Shown here: positions 8,695-16,212 of the stretch, one piece after another
How positions within the stretch are numbered: position 1 is the first letter of the stretch
Layout of the letters: each line of letters starts with the position of its first letter
Assembly (NCBI GenBank): GCA_964424675.1
Contig: CAYRJT010000001.1
Span: forward strand, 2,343 to 40,053
Length of the DNA stretch: 37,711 nt
Direction of reading: 5' to 3'
Origin: an uncultured Lachnospiraceae bacterium
GTDB lineage: Bacteria; Bacillota; Clostridia; Lachnospirales; Lachnospiraceae
Notes under the pieces: model-generated
What the model was told of the DNA's origin: nothing
What the model saw: only the letters and a program-made list of their open reading frames with translations
Database searches by the model: none
Program-made: the position numbers and the translations under genes

Positions 8695-10170
8695 ATGATC
8701 GATTTAACGAGAAATGAACAGGCACTTGAGAAAAATATAGAAAAGGCAAAGGAAAAGAATATTATCATTCCGACCATTGCTCAGATGAAGAATCCCGATT
8801 TGATACCAGACGAGATCAAAGAGAAGCTGAAAAATGTTGGTCTGTGGGATGTCAATCCGTTGAATCTCTTTAGAATATCATGGAAGAATGAGCAAAAGGA
8901 AAGCGGAGGTCTATTTGGCGGCAGCAATTATATCGTACTTCCGTCAGAACTCACCGGTGTGAAGGCGAAGATCATCTGTTTGATTGGGAAATGGTTCCCG
9001 ACAGGCTGTCATAAGGTTGGTGCTTCCTTTGGATGTCTTGTACCAAGACTGATCACAGGACAATTTGATACGACTCATCATAAAGCAGTCTGGCCATCTA
9101 CTGGCAATTACTGCCGTGGCGGAGCATTCAACTCCAAGCTTTTAGGTGCAGAGTCCATCGCAATCCTGCCAGCTGAAATGAGCAAGGAAAGATTTGAATG
9201 GCTTCAAAGCATTGCAGGAGAGGTCATTGCAACCCCAGGCTGTGAGAGCAACGTAAAGGAAATCTTTGATAAGACCTGGGAGCTGAAGACAACGAGAAAG
9301 GATGTACTGATCTTCAACCAGTTTGAGGAGATGGGCAATTATTTATGGCATTATAATGTGACAGGAAGCGCAATAGCAGATGCCTATGAAGAAATGAAGC
9401 AGCCAGGCGACAGATTCGCAGGAGCAGTCTTCACATCTGGTTCAGCAGGCACAATGGCATCCGGCGATTATTTAAAGGAAAAATACCCAACTGCTAAGCT
9501 TGGTGTTGGTGAAGCACTGCAGTGTCCTACATTATTAAACAACGGATTTGGCGGACACCGAATCGAAGGCATCGGTGACAAGCATGTGCCGTGGATTCAC
9601 AACGTAAAAAATACAGATTTAGTCATTGATATTGATGATGAGGACAGCCAGAAGCTGATTCGATTCTTAAATGAGCCAATCGGCAAAGAATATCTTGTAA
9701 AGGAGCTGGGTGTCAGTCCTGAATTTGTAGAGTATCTTAGCTACTTTGGCATTTCAGGGATTGCCAATATGCTATGTGCAATTAAGATGGCGAAGTACTA
9801 TGAGATGACAGAGCATGATGTAATTGCAACTGTTATGACGGACTCTGTTTCTATGTACGGCTCTAGAATTAAGGAGCTGCAGGAGGAGAATGGTGCCTAT
9901 ACATCTACAATGGCCGCAGTGGACTATGCAAAGCACATTGCATCCATCAAGACTGACAATATGCAGGAGCTGACCTACATCGACCGCAAGAGAGTACATA
10001 ATCTGAAGTACTACACCTGGGTAGAGCAGCAGGGCAGAACCGCTGAAGAGCTGAATGCACTCTGGTATGATGATGAGCACACATGGGGTGCTGTCCGCAG
10101 AGAAGCAGGAGCGATTGATGAACTGATTAATGAATTCAATGAACGTACAGGGCTGCTTAAGGACCTGTAA
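8695..10170 (+). CDS. Fold-type-II (Trp-synthase-beta superfamily) PLP-dependent enzyme of unknown specificity, 491 aa
   Basis: Candidate PLP lysine in FPTGCHKVGASFG. STGNYCRGGA and the Gly-rich loop FTSGSAGTMASG are typical of the PALP fold. There are long N- and C-terminal extensions. It is not collinear with YgeX, cysteine synthase or ThrC as far as I can judge by eye. Confidence 0.7.
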   Translation: MIDLTRNEQALEKNIEKAKEKNIIIPTIAQMKNPDLIPDEIKEKLKNVGLWDVNPLNLFRISWKNEQKESGGLFGGSNYIVLPSELTGVKAKIICLIGKWFPTGCHKVGASFGCLVPRLITGQFDTTHHKAVWPSTGNYCRGGAFNSKLLGAESIAILPAEMSKERFEWLQSIAGEVIATPGCESNVKEIFDKTWELKTTRKDVLIFNQFEEMGNYLWHYNVTGSAIADAYEEMKQPGDRFAGAVFTSGSAGTMASGDYLKEKYPTAKLGVGEALQCPTLLNNGFGGHRIEGIGDKHVPWIHNVKNTDLVIDIDDEDSQKLIRFLNEPIGKEYLVKELGVSPEFVEYLSYFGISGIANMLCAIKMAKYYEMTEHDVIATVMTDSVSMYGSRIKELQEENGAYTSTMAAVDYAKHIASIKTDNMQELTYIDRKRVHNLKYYTWVEQQGRTAEELNALWYDDEHTWGAVRREAGAIDELINEFNERTGLLKDL

Positions 10171-10179
10171 ATCCATATA

Positions 10180-10224
10180 GAAAGGCGTCTTTTATCCATA
10201 GGATAGAGGACGCCTTTTCTTTAT
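10180..10224 (+). terminator. Possible intrinsic terminator after the PLP enzyme gene
   Basis: GAAAGGCGTC (10180-10189) pairs with GACGCCTTTT (10209-10218) and is followed by a T-rich CTTTAT. The 19-nt loop is large, so the call is weak. Confidence 0.4.
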
Positions 10225-10274
10225 ACCATCTTAATATCTTGATAAATTCATTTATACGATTTTAACATTTATCC

Positions 10275-10283
10275 TGTTATAAT
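10275..10283 (+). promoter_or_regulatory. Extended -10 element TGTTATAAT upstream of ktrB
   Basis: TGnTATAAT at 10275-10283, about 34 nt before the ATG at 10317. No clear -35 element. Confidence 0.4.
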
Positions 10284-10316
10284 AGTCGAATCTTATAATA
10301 AAGTCGGTATCAATTC

Positions 10317-11660
10317 ATGAAAAACAAAAGAGTTCATCTATCATCTGCCCGGATGATAGTATTAGGATTTATGGGTGTAATAGCCGTCGGGAGTATCTTA
10401 TTAATGCTGCCTGTTTCGGCAAACAGTGGAAAGAGCACCCCCTTTTTGGATGCTGTTTTTACAGCGGTTTCTGCAGTCTGCGTGACCGGACTGGTTGTAC
10501 AGGACACAGCCAGCTACTGGTCGGGGTTCGGTCAGGCTGTTATTCTGCTTCTGATTCAGATAGGTGGGATGGGCGTTATTACCATTGCAGTGTTTATTGC
10601 AATTCTATCAGGAAAGAAAATAGGCTTGATGCAAAGAAGTACAATGCAGGAGGCCATTTCAGCGCCTAATATGCGTGGAATTGTTAAACTGACACACTTT
10701 ATATTAACCATCGCATTTGTCTCAGAAGCGCTTGCTGCAGTCATTATGATTCCCACCTTCTGTCAAAAGGTTGGTCTGCTGAAAGGCTGCTGGTATGCAC
10801 TGTTTCATGCTGTGTCCGCCTTTTGCAATGCAGGTTTTGATCTTATGGGCTCCGTACTTCCTTATTCTTCGTTGACCGGGTTTCGAGGCAGTTCAATTAT
10901 CAACTTTGTGATCATGTTTCTGATTATATGGGGAGGTATTGGCTTTTTAACGTGGGATGATATATGGAACCACAGATTCCATATAAGGTATTTTAGGATG
11001 CAGAGCAAGGTGATTCTGATTACGACAATTGTGCTGATTTTCATTCCTGCAATTTATTTTTATTTCTTTGAATTTTCAAGAGGGGTGTGGGGAGAGATTT
11101 CGGTAAAGGAACGATTTCTTGCCTCTGCTTTTCAGGCAGTGACACCCAGAACAGCTGGCTTTAATACAGTAAATTTAATAGAGATGAGAGATACGAGTAA
11201 GATTTTGACCATTGTATTGATGCTGATTGGCGGATCTCCGGGATCTACAGCCGGTGGTATCAAAACAACGACACTTGCAGTGCTGGTTGCTTCTACAATT
11301 GCAGTATTTCGAAGAAATGAGGATGCACACTATTTTGGCAGACGGATTTCTGTGGAGACAGTTCGTTCGGCATCTGCCGTTTTTATGATGTATATATGTT
11401 TGTTTATGACCGGAGGAATTGCCATCAGTCTTATGGAAGAGCTGCCAATTCTGGACTGTTTATTTGAGACAGCCTCGGCGATAGGAACGGTTGGCTTAAC
11501 ATTAGGCATTACACCAGGATTGGGAACAGCCTCCCGCCTGATTTTGATCAGCCTTATGTATCTAGGCAGAGTGGGTGGACTGACATTGATCTTTGCTGCT
11601 ACATCGGGTACAAAACCTTGCGGCTCTAGGTATCCGCAGGAGAAAATAACAGTGGGGTAA
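10317..11660 (+). CDS. ktrB: Ktr/Trk-family potassium uptake protein, membrane subunit (KtrB/TrkH)
   Basis: 447-aa polytopic membrane protein with the repeated selectivity-filter-like motifs VTGL, IQIGGMGV, CNAGF and RTAGFNT, plus GGSPGSTAGGIKTTT. Confidence 0.85.
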   Translation: MKNKRVHLSSARMIVLGFMGVIAVGSILLMLPVSANSGKSTPFLDAVFTAVSAVCVTGLVVQDTASYWSGFGQAVILLLIQIGGMGVITIAVFIAILSGKKIGLMQRSTMQEAISAPNMRGIVKLTHFILTIAFVSEALAAVIMIPTFCQKVGLLKGCWYALFHAVSAFCNAGFDLMGSVLPYSSLTGFRGSSIINFVIMFLIIWGGIGFLTWDDIWNHRFHIRYFRMQSKVILITTIVLIFIPAIYFYFFEFSRGVWGEISVKERFLASAFQAVTPRTAGFNTVNLIEMRDTSKILTIVLMLIGGSPGSTAGGIKTTTLAVLVASTIAVFRRNEDAHYFGRRISVETVRSASAVFMMYICLFMTGGIAISLMEELPILDCLFETASAIGTVGLTLGITPGLGTASRLILISLMYLGRVGGLTLIFAATSGTKPCGSRYPQEKITVG

Positions 11661-11668
11661 TATTGATT

Positions 11669-12316
11669 ATGAAAAGTGTATTATTGATTGGATTAGGACG
11701 TTTCGGACGTCAGATTGCGAAAAAACTGGATGAGCTCAATCACCAGGTTATGGCTGTGGATATACAGGAGAAAAGGGTAAATGCTGTATTGCCTTATGTC
11801 ATGAATGCCCAGATTGGGGATAGTACAGACCCAGATTTTATTGGCTCTCTTGGCATTCGTAACTTTGATGTCTGCATTGTAGCCATAGGAGATCATTTTC
11901 AGAGTTCTATGGAAACCTCTTCTCTGCTGAAGGAGCAGGGGGCAAAGCTGGTGGTGGCGAGAGCAAGCAGTGAAGTACATGCCAAATTTTTGAAGAAAAT
12001 TGGCGCTGACAAGGTGGTATATCCGGAGGAACAGGTTGCATCGTGGACAGCAATACGCTACACATCGGATCATATCCTGGATTATATTGAACTGGATCAG
12101 AATCACGGAATTTTTGAACTTTCAGTTCCGGAAGGCTGGGTGGATAAAACGGTCGGACAGCTGGATATTCGTAAAAAATACAATGTTAATATTATGGGTA
12201 CACGACAGAATGCAACATTGAATCTTGTGGTGAATCCGAGTACAAAGCTGACCGGTGACCTGACGATGCTGGTGTCCGGAAACGTAAGAGATGTTCATAA
12301 ATGCTTTCATATTTAG
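11669..12316 (+). CDS. ktrA: Ktr/Trk-family potassium uptake protein, peripheral NAD-binding subunit (KtrA/TrkA)
   Basis: MKSVLLIGLGRFGRQIAKKL Rossmann motif followed by a TrkA-C-like C-terminus. Alternative TTG start at 11663. Confidence 0.85.
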   Translation: MKSVLLIGLGRFGRQIAKKLDELNHQVMAVDIQEKRVNAVLPYVMNAQIGDSTDPDFIGSLGIRNFDVCIVAIGDHFQSSMETSSLLKEQGAKLVVARASSEVHAKFLKKIGADKVVYPEEQVASWTAIRYTSDHILDYIELDQNHGIFELSVPEGWVDKTVGQLDIRKKYNVNIMGTRQNATLNLVVNPSTKLTGDLTMLVSGNVRDVHKCFHI

Positions 12317-12331
12317 AAGAAAGGCGATACA

Positions 12332-12421
12332 ATGGAAGTAATCATTTTCATATCCTTTATAGGGATGGGGATTGCCGGTTATTATATGATTAAGAAACTG
12401 GTACAATTCCTGAACGAATAA
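12332..12421 (+). CDS. Possible 29-aa single-pass membrane peptide (MEVIIFISFIGMGIAGYYMIKKLVQFLNE)
   Basis: An ORF too short for the track, found by reading the 125-nt gap between ktrA and the kinase gene. It has a hydrophobic core and a weak GAAAGG RBS. Support is positional only. Confidence 0.3.
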   Translation: MEVIIFISFIGMGIAGYYMIKKLVQFLNE

Positions 12422-12441
12422 TCAAATGATTAGATCCGGAG

Positions 12442-13569
12442 ATGCAGAACATGGGAAGACACAACAGTATACAGGAAGACGAAATTGTATTTACCCCAAA
12501 GTTAACACTGAAGGACATTGGACTCAGTATCGCGATATTGGGAGCGGCAACGCTGGTTGGTTTTTTCTTTGACCAATGCGGCTATAGTGGCGCCAATATC
12601 ATTTTGGTCTATATCATCGGGGTGCTGACGAATTCTATACTGACAGCATGGCCGGGCTACAGTCTGATTTCCTCTTTTATCAGTGTTTTGGTATTCAATT
12701 TCCTGTTTACGGAGCCACGATTTACCTTAATGGCTTATGATAAGGATTATCCGATTACATTTTTAGTCATGTTTCTCGTTGCTGTTCTTGCAAGCTCGAT
12801 GACGATCCGGCTGAAGAGACAGGCAAAAGAATCAGCCAGGGCATCTTTGTTAGCTGAGAAGGAACAGCTGCGAGCCAACCTGCTGCGTTCTATTTCTCAT
12901 GATCTGAGGACTCCCCTGACATCTATATCCGGCAATGCAAGCAATTTAATAACAAACGAGAGTGCATTTGATGAAGCCACGAAGATGCAGATGTATACAG
13001 ACATCTATGATGATTCTATGTGGCTGAACAACATGGTGGAAAATCTGTTGTCCATTACCAAAATCGAGGATGGCAAGTTCAGCCTTCACATGACTGCAGA
13101 GGACGTAGATGAGGTCATTACAGAGGCGGTCAAGCATGTAAAAAGCCTGCGAAAACAGCATGAAATCAAAATTGTGAAATCAGATGAACTTCTGCTTGCA
13201 GTCATGGATTCCAGGCTGATCACGCAGGTATTGATCAATTTATTAGATAATGCAATTAAGCACACACCAAGTGATTCTTTGGTTACCGTTATTTCCAGAA
13301 AGAATGGTGATTGGATAGAAGTCAGTGTCACAGATGATGGAGAAGGCGTATCTGATGATATGAAGGAGCATATTTTTGAAATGTTCTATACAGGAAAAAA
13401 ACAGATTGCAGATAACAGGCGAAGCCTTGGTCTTGGCCTGGCATTATGCAGATCCATCATAGACATTCATGGAGGACAGATTACCGTGGCAGATCATCAG
13501 CCACACGGAGCAGTATTTCAGTTCTCCTTAAAAGCTTATGATTCAAATCTATGCAGTACTACAGATTAA
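12442..13569 (+). CDS. Sensor histidine kinase, KdpD C-terminal type (DUF4118-like membrane domain plus HisKA plus HATPase) lacking the KdpD N-terminal and USP domains
   Basis: H-box LLRSISHDLRTPLTSI, N-box LINLLDNAIKHT, G-boxes VTDDGEGV and GLGLALC. The four-helix membrane region resembles the KdpD transmembrane block. The ATG at 12451 has better RBS spacing than the one at 12442. Confidence 0.85.
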   Translation: MQNMGRHNSIQEDEIVFTPKLTLKDIGLSIAILGAATLVGFFFDQCGYSGANIILVYIIGVLTNSILTAWPGYSLISSFISVLVFNFLFTEPRFTLMAYDKDYPITFLVMFLVAVLASSMTIRLKRQAKESARASLLAEKEQLRANLLRSISHDLRTPLTSISGNASNLITNESAFDEATKMQMYTDIYDDSMWLNNMVENLLSITKIEDGKFSLHMTAEDVDEVITEAVKHVKSLRKQHEIKIVKSDELLLAVMDSRLITQVLINLLDNAIKHTPSDSLVTVISRKNGDWIEVSVTDDGEGVSDDMKEHIFEMFYTGKKQIADNRRSLGLGLALCRSIIDIHGGQITVADHQPHGAVFQFSLKAYDSNLCSTTD

Positions 13570-13593
13570 GAAATTCGTTAGGGAGGTGCAGAT

Positions 13594-14289
13594 ATGAACA
13601 AATCTTTGATTTTGGTTGTAGAAGATGATGCTCCAGTACTGAATCTGATGACGACTACTTTGAAATTACATGATTATAAATATTTGACCGCGGTTAACGG
13701 AGAAAATGCCATTCTGGAGGCCTCATCCCATAATCCGGATATTATCCTGCTGGACCTGGGACTTCCTGATCTGGATGGAGTAGAGATCATCAAAAAAATT
13801 CGTACATGGTCCAATGTACCAATTATTATTATCAGTGCAAGAAGTGAAGATACAGATAAAATAGAAGCGCTGGATGCAGGCGCAGACGATTTTCTGACAA
13901 AACCCTTTTCAGTAGAGGAGCTTTTGGCACGTATTCGTGTGACAGAGAGAAGAATGACCTATATGAAGGGCGACACGGGTAACTCACCTGTCTTTCTCAA
14001 TGGAGATCTCTGTATTGACTACGCAGCCGGATGTGCTTATATGAAAGAAGAAGAGCTGCATCTGACGCCGATAGAATATAAGCTGTTGTGTATTCTCTCA
14101 CAAAATGTGGGTAAAGTATTAACCCACACATATCTTACACAGCATATATGGGGCAGAAGCTGGGATAACGATATCTCATCACTGCGTGTCTTCATGGCAA
14201 CACTGCGTAAGAAAATAGAAAACAGTCCTGAATGCCCACAGTATATACAGACCCATATCGGAATCGGATATCGTATGCTGAAGATATAA
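13594..14289 (+). CDS. kdpE: OmpR-family response regulator, KdpE-like
   Basis: Receiver domain with ILLDLGLPDLDG and ISARSEDTDKIEALDAGADDFLTKPF. Winged-helix output domain with LTPIEYKLL and LRVFMATLRKKIE. Confidence 0.85.
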   Translation: MNKSLILVVEDDAPVLNLMTTTLKLHDYKYLTAVNGENAILEASSHNPDIILLDLGLPDLDGVEIIKKIRTWSNVPIIIISARSEDTDKIEALDAGADDFLTKPFSVEELLARIRVTERRMTYMKGDTGNSPVFLNGDLCIDYAAGCAYMKEEELHLTPIEYKLLCILSQNVGKVLTHTYLTQHIWGRSWDNDISSLRVFMATLRKKIENSPECPQYIQTHIGIGYRMLKI

Positions 14290-14358
14290 CCCAGAGCCTG
14301 TCATAGAAAATCTACTGCCCAAATTCATACTGTTATGTTATCATAGAGGTATCTGATT

Positions 14359-15630
14359 ATGAATTTATTATGGAAGGCAGGATATAATATGGGGAATATG
14401 AAAAATGTAATATCAGCAGTCTGCGTAAAGTGTGGAGCTGAATTTGAGGCAGATCCAAATGTGACGACTTGCAAGAGGTGTGGCGGGATTCTGGATATAA
14501 AATATGATTACGAGTGGATTAAGAGTCAGGTGTCAGTGAAGGATATGGCAGACCGGCATGAAAACAGCATGTGGCGCTATCGTGAGTTCCTTCCGGTACA
14601 GGGTGACAGCAAGGTTCCGAAGCTGCGTGTCGGCTGGTCTCCGTTTTATCAGTCAGAACGGCTGGCAGAGAAACTCGGCATCGCAAAGCTGTACATTAAG
14701 GACGATGGCATCAATCCAACAGCAAGTCTGAAGGACCGCGCATCAGCAATGGCAGTTGTAAAAGCCGAAGAAGCCGGAGCCTCCATCATCGCATGCTCCT
14801 CCACAGGCAATGCCGCATCCTCTCTCGCGGGCAATGCCGCAGCAGCAGGCTTCAAGACCTATATCTTTGTACCCGAACGCGCCCCGAAGGGCAAAGTCGC
14901 ACAGCTCATGATGTTCGGAGCCAATGTCATCAGCGTCAAGGGCTCCTATGAAGATACCTTCCGCTTATCAGCAGAAGCAATCGACCGCTGGGGCTGGTAC
15001 AACCGGAATGCCGCAATCAATCCCTATCTGATGGAAGGTAAGAAGACAGTCTCTCTTGAGATTGCAGAACAATTAAACTGGAAAATGACAGACTATGTAG
15101 CAATCTCCGTAGGAGACGGCTGCACAATCGGCGGTGTATGGAAAGGCTTCAAAGACCTGTATGCGGCCGGCTTCATAGATAAACTGCCAAGATTAATCAG
15201 TGTCCAGGCAGAAGGCTGCTGTCCAATCAACCGCGCCATCGCCGAGGGCAAGGGCTGGCATCCGATGGAAGAAAACACCATTGCTGACAGCATCGCCGTC
15301 GGTGTACCCAGAAATCCCGATAAAGCGCTAAATGCCATCCGTGAATCCAACGGTGTTGTCGTAAACGTCTCCGATCAGGAAATCCTAGATGCCATGAAGC
15401 TTCTCGGAACTATCTGCGGCGTCTTTGCAGAACCTGCCGGAGCCACCGGAACCGCCGGAGTCAAGAAAGCCATTGAGCAGTCCCTGATCCCCCACGACGC
15501 AACCATAGTCACCGTCGTCACCGGAAACGGCCTCAAGGACCCCGCAACCGCCATCACCGCCGCCGGTACCCCCATCACCATCCCTCCACAAATGACCAAC
15601 CTGCTATCCGCATTTCCAGAGTTAAAATAA
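14359..15630 (+). CDS. Threonine-synthase-like PLP enzyme with an N-terminal Cys4 zinc ribbon
   Basis: CVKCG...CKRCGG zinc ribbon. PTASLKDRASAMAV carries the PLP lysine, followed by CSSTGNAASSLAG. Alternative starts at 14389 and 14398. Confidence 0.75.
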   Translation: MNLLWKAGYNMGNMKNVISAVCVKCGAEFEADPNVTTCKRCGGILDIKYDYEWIKSQVSVKDMADRHENSMWRYREFLPVQGDSKVPKLRVGWSPFYQSERLAEKLGIAKLYIKDDGINPTASLKDRASAMAVVKAEEAGASIIACSSTGNAASSLAGNAAAAGFKTYIFVPERAPKGKVAQLMMFGANVISVKGSYEDTFRLSAEAIDRWGWYNRNAAINPYLMEGKKTVSLEIAEQLNWKMTDYVAISVGDGCTIGGVWKGFKDLYAAGFIDKLPRLISVQAEGCCPINRAIAEGKGWHPMEENTIADSIAVGVPRNPDKALNAIRESNGVVVNVSDQEILDAMKLLGTICGVFAEPAGATGTAGVKKAIEQSLIPHDATIVTVVTGNGLKDPATAITAAGTPITIPPQMTNLLSAFPELK

Positions 15631-15799
15631 GCGCGATCAAAACAACCCCTAAATGTCACTGTCATGCAGTCCCAAAAAATGGGAGATCATCAATCCTTAT
15701 TGGTTTTAATATAGATATAAATGGTACAATGACTTTACTGAAAAAATGAATTGTTAAAAGAGATAGTTTCTCTTGACCAGAAAAGACATAGCCACACCA

Positions 15800-15837
15800 G
15801 TCAACATGAAGTTGACCGTTGATACATGTTGATACAT
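15800..15837. repeat. Cluster of GTTGAC/GTTGATACAT motifs: one inverted pair plus a tandem direct repeat
   Basis: GTCAAC (15800-15805) and GTTGAC (15811-15816) form a 6-5-6 inverted repeat. GTTGATACAT is duplicated in tandem at 15818-15827 and 15828-15837. Confidence 0.5.
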
Positions 15838-15899
15838 TTATAGACTTGATGGTGGGTCTGAAGTGACTGTAGTTATGATTTTGGATTTAGATACAGCAT

Positions 15900-15921
15900 G
15901 TTCTTGAACAAGTTCAAGAAC
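15900..15921. repeat. Perfect 10-2-10 palindrome GTTCTTGAAC AA GTTCAAGAAC
   Basis: Read directly from the sequence. It shares the GAACAAG core with the arms of the 156-bp palindromic element downstream. Confidence 0.5.
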
Positions 15922-15949
15922 CATATATTCCTAAAACGCACCAATGTCA

Positions 15950-16105
15950 GAAGAACAAGGGGTATGGCTTCCAATTCGCAGGTCAAGCCAAAGGAGTCTG
16001 AAAACTCAGTGAAAAACGCAGGAGCCATTCTCCTGCGTTTTTCACATCTCTGGGGTTGAAGAGGACGACGCGTCGGAGAATTGGAAGCCATGCCCCTTGC
16101 TCTTC
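15950..16105. repeat. 156-bp palindromic (MITE-like or structured-RNA) element with 28-nt arms around a central hairpin
   Basis: The arm at 15950-15977 is complementary to 16078-16105 at 26 of 28 positions. The element is concentric with the perfect 16-bp hairpin at 16009-16045. The segments between (31 and 32 nt) are not complementary. Confidence 0.6.
16009..16045. terminator. Candidate bidirectional intrinsic terminator
   Basis: GTGAAAAACGCAGGAG, loop CCATT, then CTCCTGCGTTTTTCAC. A GC-rich core stem is flanked by an A-tract and a T-tract, so either strand reads stem plus TTTTT. Confidence 0.55.
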
Positions 16106-16161
16106 GTCCACCTTGGTCACAGTTCTTCATCCGCTAATCTGTCCGTCCATCATTTCCTGTT

Positions 16162-16198
16162 AAAAAAACAGCACTCCCACTTTTCAAGGAATGCTGTT
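16162..16198 (-). terminator. Intrinsic terminator of the DUF3048 lipoprotein gene
   Basis: On the minus strand AACAGCATTCC, a 9-nt loop, then GGGAGTGCTGTT give an 11-bp stem with one G-U pair, followed by TTTTTTT. It starts 15 nt after the stop codon at 16213-16215. Confidence 0.65.
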
Positions 16199-16212
16199 TC
16201 TGACAAACAATC

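Noticed and set aside
10171-10316. Looked for a c-di-AMP (ydaO/kimA-type) riboswitch upstream of ktrB.
   Set aside because: Only about 34 nt separate the extended -10 element from the ATG, and the region is AT-rich without the paired pseudo-symmetric helices such a riboswitch needs.
12332-12421. Calling the 29-aa peptide KdpF.
   Set aside because: The length matches, but the C-terminal consensus I recall for KdpF is absent and there is no kdpABC. It is kept only as an unnamed small ORF.
15950-16105. Attempt to assign a strand to the palindromic element from G-U versus A-C mismatches, and the idea that it is an invertible promoter switch.
   Set aside because: One of the two arm mismatches is a G-U pair on the plus strand and the other on the minus strand, so there is no strand signal. 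The interior is dominated by a symmetric bidirectional terminator and no recombinase gene is nearby, so inversion would change little.
15873-16130. An 85-aa minus-strand ORF, and a 53-codon plus-strand ORF from 15898.
   Set aside because: Both exist because the 156-bp palindrome reads open in both directions; both encode GMASNS from the repeat arms. They have no RBS, and they run through the terminator hairpin.
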